A DNA stretch of 64,000 bases from an uncultured bacterium (GCA_965662235.1 CBFIGY010000002.1:203311-267310), one strand, 5' to 3'; shown: positions 46,444-56,529, counted from the first letter of the stretch. The notes: generated by a model not told the origin, from the letters alone. Made by a program: numbers and translations.

Positions 46444-48234
46444 ATGGAGCAGCAAGTGCGTGTGGAGTACCGCAACTTGGTTGAGATGTTGGAGGATTCG
46501 GTCCGAAAGTACCAAGACCTCCCGCTGTATGGAACCAAGCGGAACGGCGTTTACGAGTGGACCACGTATCAGGAGTTCGCTCACCTGGTGGACCAGTTCC
46601 GGGGGGGACTTGCCACGCTCGGGGTTCAGCCCGGTGACAAGGTGGCCATCATCAGTCGCAACACGCTGCAGTGGGCCGTTGGCGCTTATGCCGCTTACGG
46701 ACTCAAGGCCCAGTACGTTCCGATGTATGAGACCCAGTTGGCGAAGGAGTGGGAGTACATCACCCGTGACTGTGGCGCCACCGTTTTGCTGGTTTCCAAC
46801 CGCAGCGTCTATGACCAGGTCGCAGACCTCCCCAACCAGCTTCCGGACCTGAAGCAGGTCGTCTTGCTTGAAGGCGGAGGCGTGGAGCACACCTGGGAAT
46901 CGCTGCTGGAGGTTGGACGTGCACAGCCTGTAGACGCGCAGCATCCGGAACTGGAAGACCCGATGGGGATGATCTACACCTCCGGAACGACAGGGAACCC
47001 GAAGGGCGTCGTCCTGAGTCACAAGAACATGCTCTTCGAAATTGCCTCCGGCCTGATTGTCCTGCGCCTCGGGTGGCAACCGGGTCCGATGAAGAGCCTC
47101 TGCTTCCTTCCCTGGGCCCACGTGTTTGGGCAGGTGGTGGAGGTCCATGCTCTCATTCAAGAGGGCGGGTGTGCGGCGTTGGTGGAAGACGTCAACACGC
47201 TGGTGGATGAGCTGGGCGTGGTGCAGCCCACGGTCTTCTTCGCTGTTCCTCGGGTGTACAACCGCATTTACGATCGTCTGCTGGGGCAGATGCGGGAAAA
47301 GCCGGCTCCCATCCGGGCCCTGTTCCACGCCGGCCTCGAGCGGGCCAAGCGTGAACGGGAAGGCGAGGTACTCGGAGGCATGGACCGGTTTCTGCTCGGG
47401 CTGGCCCGCAAGATCATCTTCAGCAAGGTGCAGAAGCGCTTTGGCGGACGACTCAAGATGGCCGTCAGCGGCGCCAGTGCCCTCAGTCCGGAAGTTGCTG
47501 AGTTTGTCAACGATCTGGGCATTGACGTTTATGAAGGCTACGGCCTCAGCGAAAACACCGCGGCTCTGGCGGTCAATTACAAGGGCGCCCGGAAGTTTGG
47601 CACCGTCGGAAAGCCTCTCCCTGGGGTCCGGATTGAAATCGACCACAGCGTCGAGGGTTCTGTGGAAGGGGACGGTGAAATCATCGCCTATGGTGACAAC
47701 ATCATGATGGGCTACCACAACCTTCCGGACCGGACGGCTGCGGTCCTGCAGGAAGACGGAGGCCTGCGTACCGGAGACCTAGGAAATTTTGACGACGAGG
47801 GATTTCTGCGGATCACCGGTCGGGTGAAGGAGCAGTTCAAGTTGGAGAACGGACGTTACGTTGCACCAGCGCCGCTGGAGGAGTCCCTGAAGCTCAGCCC
47901 GTTCATCAATCAGGCCATGATCTGTGGCCTCGGGCGTCCCTACACGGTGGCGCTGCTGGTCGTGGAAATGGAGTACATCCGGAGCTATGCCGAACGGCAT
48001 CAGCAATCTGGAAGCGATGAGGAGCTGCTGACCAGTGAGCTGCTGGCCAACCGACTGGAACGGGACATTGCGAAGTACGGAACCGGCTTCAAGGGCTATG
48101 AAGTTCCCAAACGCTACAAGCTGCTGACTGAGGAGTGGAGCATTGAAAACGGGTTGCTCACTCCAACCCTGAAGCTCAAGCGCAACGTCGTTGAGGACCG
48201 CTTCCAGAGTGAGATCGAATCGCTCTACGGATAG
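46444..48234 (+). CDS. Long-chain fatty acid-CoA ligase (AMP-binding)
   Basis: IYTSGTTGNPKG, YEGYGLSE, RTGDLG, LLTPTLKLKR. Confidence 0.92.
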   Translation: MEQQVRVEYRNLVEMLEDSVRKYQDLPLYGTKRNGVYEWTTYQEFAHLVDQFRGGLATLGVQPGDKVAIISRNTLQWAVGAYAAYGLKAQYVPMYETQLAKEWEYITRDCGATVLLVSNRSVYDQVADLPNQLPDLKQVVLLEGGGVEHTWESLLEVGRAQPVDAQHPELEDPMGMIYTSGTTGNPKGVVLSHKNMLFEIASGLIVLRLGWQPGPMKSLCFLPWAHVFGQVVEVHALIQEGGCAALVEDVNTLVDELGVVQPTVFFAVPRVYNRIYDRLLGQMREKPAPIRALFHAGLERAKREREGEVLGGMDRFLLGLARKIIFSKVQKRFGGRLKMAVSGASALSPEVAEFVNDLGIDVYEGYGLSENTAALAVNYKGARKFGTVGKPLPGVRIEIDHSVEGSVEGDGEIIAYGDNIMMGYHNLPDRTAAVLQEDGGLRTGDLGNFDDEGFLRITGRVKEQFKLENGRYVAPAPLEESLKLSPFINQAMICGLGRPYTVALLVVEMEYIRSYAERHQQSGSDEELLTSELLANRLERDIAKYGTGFKGYEVPKRYKLLTEEWSIENGLLTPTLKLKRNVVEDRFQSEIESLYG

Positions 48235-48237
48235 GCT

Positions 48238-50100
48238 TTAGGCGGCCTGGGCGGGGTCTTCGCTCAGGGTCTCATCTGGGGCCAAGAAGCCTCCGGACTG
48301 CCGTTTCCAGAGGTCGGCGTAAATGGTGGAATGCTGAACCAGCTCCGCATGGGTTCCTGCTTCCACCACCACGCCCTGGTCAATGACAATCAGGCGATCC
48401 AGCTGCGCAATCGTTGAGAGGCGATGCGCAATGGCGATCACGGTCTTCCCTTCCATCAGCCGGAGCAGGTTCTCCTGAATCGCGGCCTCTACCTCTGAAT
48501 CAAGCGCCGAGGTGGCTTCATCTAGCACCAGCAGAGGTGCATTCTTGAGGAAGACGCGGGCAATGGCGATCCGTTGCCGCTGTCCTCCAGAAAGCTTCAC
48601 CCCCCGCTCTCCGACATGGGCGTCCAGCCCCACCCGTCCCTGTGAATCCTCCAGTCCCTGAATGAAGTCCCAGGCGTTGGCCTGCTGGGCGGCAGTGATC
48701 ACCTCGGCGTCTGTGGCATCCGGAGCCGAGTAGGCAATGTTGTCCCGGATCGACCGGTGCAGGAGCGAGGTGTCCTGCGTGACCACCCCAATGTAGGAAC
48801 GGAGCTGGTCCTGGGGAACGGTGGCAATGTTCTGGCCGTCAATGCGGATTTCCCCGGACTCCAGGTCATAGAACCGCAGCAGCAGGTTCATGAGGGTGGT
48901 CTTGCCCGCTCCGGACCGTCCCACCAGCCCCACCTTTTCTCCCGGACGGATGCGCAGCGTGAGGTCGCTGATGACGCCGCTGCCCTTGCCATAGTGGAAG
49001 CCGATGCGGTCGAAGGCGATCTCGCCCTCCTGCACCTTCAGGGGCTTTGCCTGTGGGGCATCCACAACCGTGTGAGGCTTCGTCAGCATCGCCATGCCGT
49101 CGTGCACCACCCCGATGTTTTCAAACAGAGCCGACACTTCCCACATGATCCACTGAGACATTCCGTTGATGCGCAGACACAGTCCAATGGCAATGGCAAT
49201 CGCCCCCACCGACACCACGGCATTCAGCCACAACCAGATGGAGATCGCAGCCACGCCAAACACCACCACCGCGTTGTTGAGGTAGACGCTGATCTGAAAC
49301 AACGTGACCAGGCGCATCTGTCCATGAACCGTGTTCAGGAACCCGTCCATGCTCTCCCGGGCATAAGCCGCCTCGCGTCCGGCATGGGAGAAGAGTTTGA
49401 CCGTGGCAATGTTGGTGTAGCTGTCGACGACCCGTCCGGTCATCAGCGAACGGGCATCGGCTTGGGCACTGGAGACCCGCTTGAGCCGGGGGACAAAGTA
49501 ACGGATGAGGGAGACGTACACCAGCAGCCACAGCAGCAGCGGCAACGTCAGCTTCCAATCGGAAGACGCCACCAGCACCAGCATTGAGAGGAAGTACACG
49601 CCGACGTAAACAAAGACATCGAGCAGCTTCATCACACACTCCCGGATGGAGAGTGAGGTCTGCATCACCTTGGTGGCCACCCGTCCGGCAAACTCGCTGG
49701 CAAAGAACTCCATGCTCTGCCGGAGCAGGGACTGGTGCATCTGCCAGCGTGCGATCATGGGGACGTTCCCCAAGAGGGTCTGGTGAATGAGAAAGGACTG
49801 GAGGGCCACAATGGCTGGTAGTCCCACCAGCAGTACACTGCCCATCCAGATGAGGGTGCCTTGCTCCCGGGCCAGGAAGCCCTCCCGGTCTGCGGAAGAG
49901 AGCCAGTCCACAATGCTGCCCAGGAACCCGAACAGGTACACCTCTCCGGCAGCAATGAGGGCCGTGATCAGAGACATGAAGAGCAGCCATCCTGCGGCAG
50001 GGCGCGTGTAGTGCCAGCAGAAGGCCAGGAAGCCTTGAGGAGGAGGCGTTGATTCGGCGTCTGGGAACGGGTTGAGACGGGCTTCAAACCAGGAAAACAT
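48238..50100 (-). CDS. ABC exporter with fused permease and ATPase
   Basis: N-terminal TM domain, GRSGAGKT, LSGGQRQR, LDEATSALD, AHRLSTI. Confidence 0.93.
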   Translation of the reverse strand: MFSWFEARLNPFPDAESTPPPQGFLAFCWHYTRPAAGWLLFMSLITALIAAGEVYLFGFLGSIVDWLSSADREGFLAREQGTLIWMGSVLLVGLPAIVALQSFLIHQTLLGNVPMIARWQMHQSLLRQSMEFFASEFAGRVATKVMQTSLSIRECVMKLLDVFVYVGVYFLSMLVLVASSDWKLTLPLLLWLLVYVSLIRYFVPRLKRVSSAQADARSLMTGRVVDSYTNIATVKLFSHAGREAAYARESMDGFLNTVHGQMRLVTLFQISVYLNNAVVVFGVAAISIWLWLNAVVSVGAIAIAIGLCLRINGMSQWIMWEVSALFENIGVVHDGMAMLTKPHTVVDAPQAKPLKVQEGEIAFDRIGFHYGKGSGVISDLTLRIRPGEKVGLVGRSGAGKTTLMNLLLRFYDLESGEIRIDGQNIATVPQDQLRSYIGVVTQDTSLLHRSIRDNIAYSAPDATDAEVITAAQQANAWDFIQGLEDSQGRVGLDAHVGERGVKLSGGQRQRIAIARVFLKNAPLLVLDEATSALDSEVEAAIQENLLRLMEGKTVIAIAHRLSTIAQLDRLIVIDQGVVVEAGTHAELVQHSTIYADLWKRQSGGFLAPDETLSEDPAQAA

Positions 50101-50203
50101 AGAGCATCAGCTGGAGGTCAGAGGGGTGCAGGCATGGATCTCCCAGCAGAATGGACAGAAGCCCGGGAAGTGACAACCTGAAAAACCGAAGGCCGCCTTC
50201 CGT

Positions 50204-50680
50204 TCAGAAGTAGCACCGCAGCAGGATCAGGGTGGGCAGGTCGGCTCCGGGAGCCTTCAGGTACATGCGGTGCTCCTGAGGCAAGGCAAAGTCTTCCTTC
50301 ATCTGGTTGAAGCGCCGGTTCCGGTTGCTGGCGGTGCAGACCAGCGGGCCCTCCAGCACCTGTTCCCCCTTGCGACAGCCCAGGGTTTTGCCCTCTGCAA
50401 TCAGCTCACTCCCCAGGGTGGTCCAGAATTTACCCACATCACAGCTCCAGCCTGTGATTTCCGCAAGGGTGCCTTCGTTCACCACCGGAATCGTTTCATA
50501 AGGCCCGCCTGGTCCTTCTCGGAACACCAGGACCTCCCACTTGAAAAAGTCTGCCTGAGCCGCCCAGGGACTCCCAAGCAGCAGCAGCCCCAGTAGCAGG
50601 CTCTTGCTCCAAAATCGGGAAACGTGCCCGGAGGCGCCCGCCTCATTGAATGTTTCTGGGAGGTGTGAAAAACTGATCAT
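50204..50680 (-). CDS. Hypothetical exported protein
   Basis: Signal-like segment LLLGLLLLGSPWAAQA; four Cys. The true start may lie downstream of 50680. Confidence 0.6.
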   Translation of the reverse strand: MISFSHLPETFNEAGASGHVSRFWSKSLLLGLLLLGSPWAAQADFFKWEVLVFREGPGGPYETIPVVNEGTLAEITGWSCDVGKFWTTLGSELIAEGKTLGCRKGEQVLEGPLVCTASNRNRRFNQMKEDFALPQEHRMYLKAPGADLPTLILLRCYF

Positions 50681-50729
50681 TCTTGGGTTTCCGCCTTAAT
50701 TTTGACACCTTTTCAGTAGGCCCCTTTCT

Positions 50730-51221
50730 ATGAGCGAAGACAACTCGATTTTCCAGGCCCATACCGTCCTCTCCGAAGAGTGGGAATTGATGATGGATCA
50801 ACTGTTTATGGGTTGCATTCATCGATCCAAACACGGGCTTTCCATGTACACGAACACCATGCGCGCCCGAACCGATGACAAAGTCGGGTTTGTGATGACG
50901 GATGTGAGCTTCCGTGTCAAGAATGGCCTAGACTCGAAGCTGCAGAAGGCCCTGAAGATTGAGCGGTCCGATTTCGACAGCCTCCTAGAGATTGAACGGT
51001 CTTCGTCTCCGGTGGTCTATGATTTTTTCAAAGTTACCGATACAGTATTACCGAACAATGCTTTGATCAATTTTGTCCACGCAGGTGACCGTCACGCGAT
51101 TTTGGTGTTCTCTCCCATTGAAGGACGCCTGGAGATGATGCGTGTGATCAACACCTTCAACAGCATTCTGGACCCTGAAGGGCAGCAGGCAGCAGAAGCC
51201 GGTCAGGCTCCAGAAGCGTAG
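50730..51221 (+). CDS. Hypothetical protein (163 aa)
   Basis: Clean ORF immediately upstream of lon. No family recognised. Confidence 0.7.
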   Translation: MSEDNSIFQAHTVLSEEWELMMDQLFMGCIHRSKHGLSMYTNTMRARTDDKVGFVMTDVSFRVKNGLDSKLQKALKIERSDFDSLLEIERSSSPVVYDFFKVTDTVLPNNALINFVHAGDRHAILVFSPIEGRLEMMRVINTFNSILDPEGQQAAEAGQAPEA

Positions 51222-51255
51222 CGTGGACTCACCCTCTCTGCGTAAAACGTGACCT

Positions 51256-53760
51256 ATGCCTGACGACTCCCCCCTTGACTCCGAGTTGAATCCGGACGAC
51301 CCGTCCCCGGAGGTGGAGATTCTCGAAGCCACCCCGGAGGATCAGTCCATCATTCTCGCAAGTGAGCTGTTCCCAGAACAGCTCATCCTGGTTCCGTTGT
51401 ACGACCGGCCCCTCTTTCCCAAGATGATGCTCCCTGTGGTGATCAGCAACACCGAGTTGGAGCAGAAGCTGCTGGAAGAAATCAAGAAGGAGCTGAAGTT
51501 CATCGGCCTCGTGTACACCCGCCAAGACGAGGACGACGACGATGAGGCACCCGGAGAGCCCGCTTCTGTGGGCGTCGTTGCCCGGATTGTCCAGGCGACC
51601 AAGCCTCAGCCGAACATCCCCCTTCACATTGTCGTGCAGGTGCAGGATCGGTTTGACCTGACTCAGATCCTCACCCGGGAGCCCCTCATGCGGGCCCAGG
51701 TGAGCTACTGGTACGACACGCCCGACAATGGTCAAGGAGACGACCTCAAGGCCTACTCCCTCTCTGTCATCAACATCATCAAGGAGCTTGTCCAGCTCAA
51801 CCCGCTCTTCAAGGAGGAATTGGGCCTGCTCATGGGGCGGATCAACCTCAAGGAGCCCGGAACCCTGGCGGACTTTGCCGCCTCCATGACCACTTCCAGC
51901 GGTGAAGAGCTGCAGAAGGTTCTGGAAACCCGTCCCATCAAGAAACGCATTGAGTACGTCCTCTGGCTCCTGCGCAAGGAGCTGGAAGTTGCCCAGTTGC
52001 AGACCCGGATCTCCAAGCGCATTGAAGAGCGCATGAGCCAGCAGCAGCGAGAATTCTTCCTCCGGGAGCAGCTCAAGGAGATCAAGAAGGAGCTTGGCCT
52101 CACCAAGGAAGGCTCCGAAAGCGAGGTGGACAAGTTTCAGGCCCGCCTCAAGAAACTCAAGCTCTCTGACGAAGCCCGGGACCGCTTTGCGGAGGAACTC
52201 GAAAAGTTCCGGCTCCTCGAACCCTCCTCCCCTGAATACAACGTCAGCCGCGCCTACTTGGACTGGCTGACCGTGCTGCCGTGGGGCGTTTACAGCAAGG
52301 ACCGCTACGACCTCAAGCGGGCCCGGACGGTTCTCGACCGTGACCACGCCGGCCTCAAGGACGTCAAGGATCGGATCCTGGAGCTGCTCTCTGTGGGCAT
52401 GATCAAGGGAGACCTTGCAGGGTCGATTGTTCTGCTGGTCGGCCCCCCCGGAGTCGGAAAAACCTCCATTGGTCAGTCGGTCGCCAAGGCGGTAGGACGG
52501 AAGTTCTTCCGCTTCAGCCTCGGCGGCATGCGGGATGAGGCCGAGATCAAGGGGCACCGCCGGACCTACATTGGCGCCCTGCCCGGAAAGTTCCTCAACG
52601 CCCTCAAAACCGCCAAGACCTCGAATCCGGTGATCATGCTGGATGAGATCGACAAGATTGGCGCCAGCTTCCAAGGAGACCCCGCTTCGGCTCTGCTCGA
52701 GGTGCTGGATCCGGAGCAAAACAAGGATTTCCTCGACCATTACCTCGACATCCGCTTCGACCTCTCCAAGGTCCTCTTCCTCTGCACAGCGAACACGCTG
52801 GAGACGATTCCGGCGCCGCTTCTGGACCGCATGGAAGTCATCCGCCTCTCCGGGTACATCCTGGAAGAGAAGGTTCAGATTGCCCAGAAGCACCTTCTGC
52901 CCCGTCAGCTCAAGAACCATGGGCTGCGGAAGAACCAGTTTCAGCTGAGTGAAACGGTGCTGCGGGACCTCATTGACGGGTACGCCCGAGAAGCCGGGGT
53001 CCGGAGTCTGGAAAACAACCTCCGCAAGCTCATGCGTAAGGCCACTCGGCAGATTGTTGAGGAGGGACTCAAGAAGGTGGTGATTCAGAAAGAAGACCTG
53101 CCGAAGCTGCTGGGCAAGCGGGTCTTTGCTGAGGAAGACCGGTATCAGGAGCCCCATGTGGGCGTGGTGACCGGACTGGCCTACACCTCAATGGGAGGCG
53201 CCACGCTGCACATCGAGGCCACAGCGGTTTCAGCCAAAACCGGGGGCTTCAAGCAGACCGGGCAGCTGGGCGAGGTGATGGTCGAGTCCTCTGAAATCGC
53301 CTTTACCTTCATCCGGGCCCTGTTGAAGGAGCAACCGTCGGTTCAGGAGTTCCTCGCGAACCACCTGATCCACCTGCACGTTCCGGCAGGCGCGACGCCA
53401 AAGGACGGTCCCTCGGCCGGCATCACCATGGCCTGTGCTCTCTATTCCCTGCTCACTGAAACGCCGATTCAGGCCCACCTCGCCATGACCGGCGAACTGA
53501 CTCTGACCGGCCTCGTCATGCCCATTGGAGGCGTGAAGGAGAAGACCATTGCGGCTCGCCGATCGGGCATCCGGACCCTCCTCTTCCCTGAAGAAAACCG
53601 GGAGGACTTTGAGGAGCTCGACGAGAGCATCCGGGACGGGCTCGAGGCTCACTTCGTCAAGACGTTTGAGGAAGTTCTCGCCATCGCGTTCCCGGCAGCT
53701 CCTCGGACGTCGACCCGACGCACCTCTAAAAAATCGACCCAATCCGTAAAATCCTCATGA
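51256..53760 (+). CDS. lon: ATP-dependent protease La
   Basis: [34 protein letters not shown] (Ser), GGVKEK (Lys). Confidence 0.97.
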   Translation: MPDDSPLDSELNPDDPSPEVEILEATPEDQSIILASELFPEQLILVPLYDRPLFPKMMLPVVISNTELEQKLLEEIKKELKFIGLVYTRQDEDDDDEAPGEPASVGVVARIVQATKPQPNIPLHIVVQVQDRFDLTQILTREPLMRAQVSYWYDTPDNGQGDDLKAYSLSVINIIKELVQLNPLFKEELGLLMGRINLKEPGTLADFAASMTTSSGEELQKVLETRPIKKRIEYVLWLLRKELEVAQLQTRISKRIEERMSQQQREFFLREQLKEIKKELGLTKEGSESEVDKFQARLKKLKLSDEARDRFAEELEKFRLLEPSSPEYNVSRAYLDWLTVLPWGVYSKDRYDLKRARTVLDRDHAGLKDVKDRILELLSVGMIKGDLAGSIVLLVGPPGVGKTSIGQSVAKAVGRKFFRFSLGGMRDEAEIKGHRRTYIGALPGKFLNALKTAKTSNPVIMLDEIDKIGASFQGDPASALLEVLDPEQNKDFLDHYLDIRFDLSKVLFLCTANTLETIPAPLLDRMEVIRLSGYILEEKVQIAQKHLLPRQLKNHGLRKNQFQLSETVLRDLIDGYAREAGVRSLENNLRKLMRKATRQIVEEGLKKVVIQKEDLPKLLGKRVFAEEDRYQEPHVGVVTGLAYTSMGGATLHIEATAVSAKTGGFKQTGQLGEVMVESSEIAFTFIRALLKEQPSVQEFLANHLIHLHVPAGATPKDGPSAGITMACALYSLLTETPIQAHLAMTGELTLTGLVMPIGGVKEKTIAARRSGIRTLLFPEENREDFEELDESIRDGLEAHFVKTFEEVLAIAFPAAPRTSTRRTSKKSTQSVKSS

Positions 53761-53975
53761 GTGACGTTACGTTTCAACCCACTCCCCGGGAGTTTCTCGA
53801 GAAGCTTCCCCGCAAGACGGCTGCCGACCATGAACGCGATCGGGCGCTCATGGAGCAGCTGCCTCAGCTGCCTGAGGCCGTTCATGTCCACCAGGATTCC
53901 CAACGTCAGGAGGCCCTCGAGGCATCTCGTCGGGCGCTGGCCCAGGTCATGGAACAGCTTCGGGCGTCTACCTAA
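53757..53975 (+). CDS. 72-aa hypothetical protein coupled to lon
   Basis: ATGA overlap with the lon stop; fills the gap before the aldehyde dehydrogenase gene. Confidence 0.55.
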   Translation: MSDVTFQPTPREFLEKLPRKTAADHERDRALMEQLPQLPEAVHVHQDSQRQEALEASRRALAQVMEQLRAST

Positions 53976-54002
53976 ACCCCTTTCCCCTTTCAGAGCCCCT
54001 TT

Positions 54003-55397
54003 ATGGAATCAATGGTTCGGACCCTCTCTCCGTTTGACGGCCGCGTGGTGGTTGAGCGTCCCTTTGCCACCGCTGAGGAGCAGGCGACCTGCCTCGCTCA
54101 GGCCCAGGCCGCGCAGGCTCAGTGGCAGCAGACGCCCCTGGCAACCCGTCAGGAAATCCTCAGCCGGGCAGTCGACCTCATGGTCGCTCAAAAAGATGAG
54201 ATTGCTGCAGAGATTACGCTGCAAATGGGACGTCCCCTTTCTCAGTCACCTGGGGAAGTCAACGGGTTTGAGGAACGTGCCCGGCACCTGATTGCCATTG
54301 CCGACTCTGCCCTCGCCAAAGTCGACCCTGGTCCCAAAACGGGTTTTGAGCGCTGGATTGAGCGGGTGCCGCTGGGAGTCGTGGTGGTGATTGCGCCATG
54401 GAACTTCCCGTACCTCACCTCGGTGAACGCGGTTTGGACGGCACTGTTGGCCGGAAACGCGGTGATCCTGAAGCACTCACCGCAGACTCCCTTGTGTGCC
54501 GAACGGTATGCTCAGGTCCTCCATGAAGCTGGGCTTCCGGAAGGAGTCTTCCAGTTCCTCCACCTGAGCCCCGAAGGCACATCTGCGCTGGTGCAGCGTC
54601 CGGAGGTTGACTTTGTCGCCTTCACCGGCTCTGTCGAAGGGGGTCACGCGATCACCGAAGCCCTTGCCGCCTCGTTCAAGGGGTGCGGACTGGAGCTCGG
54701 GGGCAAGGATCCGGCTTACGTCCGTGCCGATGCCGACTTGACGCAGGCTGTGGAAACCCTTGTTGATGGTGCCTGCTTCAACTCCGGACAGTCCTGCTGC
54801 AGCATTGAGCGCATCTACGTTCACGAGTCTCAGTTTGAGGCCTTTGTCGAACAAGCCGCGGCACTGATGGCCACCTATCGGCTCGGGAATCCGGAAGATC
54901 CGGAAACCACCCTCGGCCCGCTGGTCAACCCCCGATCGGCAGACAAGGTCCGGCGCCAGGTCCAAGAAGCCTTGGAGCAGGGCGCCACGGCGCATGTCGA
55001 CGAATCTCAGTTTCCGTTGGCACAACCGGGAACCGCCTTCTGTGCCCCTCAGCTGCTCACCGGGGTCACTCACGCCATGACGCTGATGAGCGAGGAAACC
55101 TTTGGTCCAGTGGTGGGCGTCATGAAGGTACAGAACGACGAAGAGGCGCTTGCCCTGATGAACGACAGCCGCTACGGCTTGACGGCTGCGCTCTTCACAC
55201 AAGACGTCTCGGCAGCAGAGGCGCTTGCCGAGCGTCTGGAAACCGGAACCGTCTTCCTCAACCGCTGTGACTACCTCGACCCGGCGCTCGCCTGGACCGG
55301 GGTCAAGGACTCCGGACGAGGATGCACCCTCTCTTCGGTGGGTTTTGAGCACTTCACACGCCCCAAAAGCTACCACTTCCGCCTCCCGCCCGCCTAA
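54003..55397 (+). CDS. Aldehyde dehydrogenase
   Basis: APWNFP, FTGS, LELGGKDP, NSGQSCC, EETFGP. Confidence 0.94.
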   Translation: MESMVRTLSPFDGRVVVERPFATAEEQATCLAQAQAAQAQWQQTPLATRQEILSRAVDLMVAQKDEIAAEITLQMGRPLSQSPGEVNGFEERARHLIAIADSALAKVDPGPKTGFERWIERVPLGVVVVIAPWNFPYLTSVNAVWTALLAGNAVILKHSPQTPLCAERYAQVLHEAGLPEGVFQFLHLSPEGTSALVQRPEVDFVAFTGSVEGGHAITEALAASFKGCGLELGGKDPAYVRADADLTQAVETLVDGACFNSGQSCCSIERIYVHESQFEAFVEQAAALMATYRLGNPEDPETTLGPLVNPRSADKVRRQVQEALEQGATAHVDESQFPLAQPGTAFCAPQLLTGVTHAMTLMSEETFGPVVGVMKVQNDEEALALMNDSRYGLTAALFTQDVSAAEALAERLETGTVFLNRCDYLDPALAWTGVKDSGRGCTLSSVGFEHFTRPKSYHFRLPPA

Positions 55398-55448
55398 GCC
55401 TTCCACCACGGCCTCTGGTCCATCCGGAGGCCGTTCTGCAAAAAACCC

Positions 55449-55476
55449 TTGCCTTCTCGACTGTCTTAGCTATTCT
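55449..55476 (+). promoter_or_regulatory. Candidate sigma-70 promoter of the structured leader and speDE
   Basis: TTGCCT-N16-TATTCT preceded by an A-tract. The first hairpin starts 10 nt later. Confidence 0.5.
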
Positions 55477-55482
55477 GTCGAA

Positions 55483-55795
55483 TTACCTACTGGCCTGGGT
55501 CAGTAGGCGCCGGTCGGGACGTTGAGTAAGTTTCCTGACTGAGCGAAGACGTCAGCGCCCCCAGCATCGTCTTATGCCGGGAGTTGAAGGAAACGATTCT
55601 CCCCGAATCTCCTTCGGGTTCTGACGGAACTTCATCATCGACTGTTATGGGTAGTACAAACGACGAGAGGCGATGCCGAACGGAAGCGCAGCAGTGCGAG
55701 ATTCCGGGTTGGGCTCCCCTAGCCTAGACCGTCCTGTACACCATAGGACTCCGTCTAGCTGAGTCCGTCCCCCTTTCCCCACTCTCCTTTTCCAG
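55483..55795 (+). ncRNA. Candidate structured RNA or cis-regulatory leader, family not recognised
   Basis: Consecutive stems, several with G-U pairs, from just after a promoter to a hairpin plus pyrimidine tract. No long ORF. Confidence 0.5.
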
Positions 55796-56049
55796 CAAGC
55801 CTCTCGAAACGGGTCATCCCCGTGTGTGTTCAGCTTCGTCCACAGGGCCTCCATGCCTGTGTTCTGGAAGCTGCGGTTTTTGATCATGCGTTTTCGAGAC
55901 ACCTTCATGCTGCAGGGTCCGCTGGATGCCTCACAGGCTCTCTCTGATGAGAGGCCCCTGAGCCCAGCGTCCTTCTGAAAGCCCCTTCCTCCTCAAGAAG
56001 CGGTTGGGCAACGCGGCATGAGATCACCCCTTAGCGATTAGGAGCCCTC

Positions 56050-56529
56050 ATGGCCTTGAACATCATCTACCGTGGAAAAAGCAACCCCTCTCCTGCAGTG
56101 CTGTCTCCGGTCCTCCCCCTAGAGGATGAGCTGAACCGCAAGGACCACTTCATTGTCAAAGACGGCGTCACCTGTGCCGGAACCCACGTCATCATCGACC
56201 TGTGGGAAGCAACGGAGCTGGACAGCCTCGAGGTCATGGAAGCCGCCATGCGTGAAGCGGTTGAGGTCTGTGGCGCAACGCTGCTGCACATTCACCTGCA
56301 CCACTTCACTCCGAACGGAGGCGTGTCCGGAGTCGCGGTGCTGGCGGAATCGCACATCAGTGTGCACTCGTGGCCGGAGCGGGGCTTTGCCGCGTTTGAC
56401 GTGTTCATGTGCGGAGAGGCCAAGCCAGAGCTGGCCGTGGGCGTCTTCCGACGGCACTTCAATCCACGTCGGGTGGAAGTTCAGCAGCACCTGCGGGGCA
56501 CAGTCGGGAGCAGCCATGAAACGGTTTGA
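56050..56529 (+). CDS. speD: S-adenosylmethionine decarboxylase proenzyme
   Basis: GVSGVAVLAESHISVHSWPE (ESH self-cleavage site), DVFMCG; AGGAG RBS. Confidence 0.95.
   Translation: MALNIIYRGKSNPSPAVLSPVLPLEDELNRKDHFIVKDGVTCAGTHVIIDLWEATELDSLEVMEAAMREAVEVCGATLLHIHLHHFTPNGGVSGVAVLAESHISVHSWPERGFAAFDVFMCGEAKPELAVGVFRRHFNPRRVEVQQHLRGTVGSSHETV

Noticed and set aside
51229..53157. 642-aa minus-strand ORF; similar cases at 46426-47718, 62406-63581 and 40536-41618
   Set aside because: They are antisense to well-supported genes (lon, acyl-CoA ligase, ilvD, exbBD), as expected with GC-rich codon usage.
55400..55730. tmRNA-like hints: TAGTACAAACGACGAG resembles the resume-codon context, and CCACCA occurs at 55403
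   Set aside because: There is no tRNA-like acceptor stem or T-loop in either the standard or the permuted arrangement.
55623..55755. Lysine riboswitch resemblance (GACGGA...GCCGAA...ACCGTC...CCGTC)
   Set aside because: The conserved AGAGG/GGYGC core, the AGUA/GAAAGG loop-E motif and the GGAG 3' strand are absent or misplaced. I could not assign the family without a covariance-model search.
55944..55980. Hammerhead-like CTGATGA ... GAAA
   Set aside because: Stem II cannot close next to GAAA and I found no stem I/III with a cleavage triplet. CTGATGA sits at the tip of a simple hairpin.
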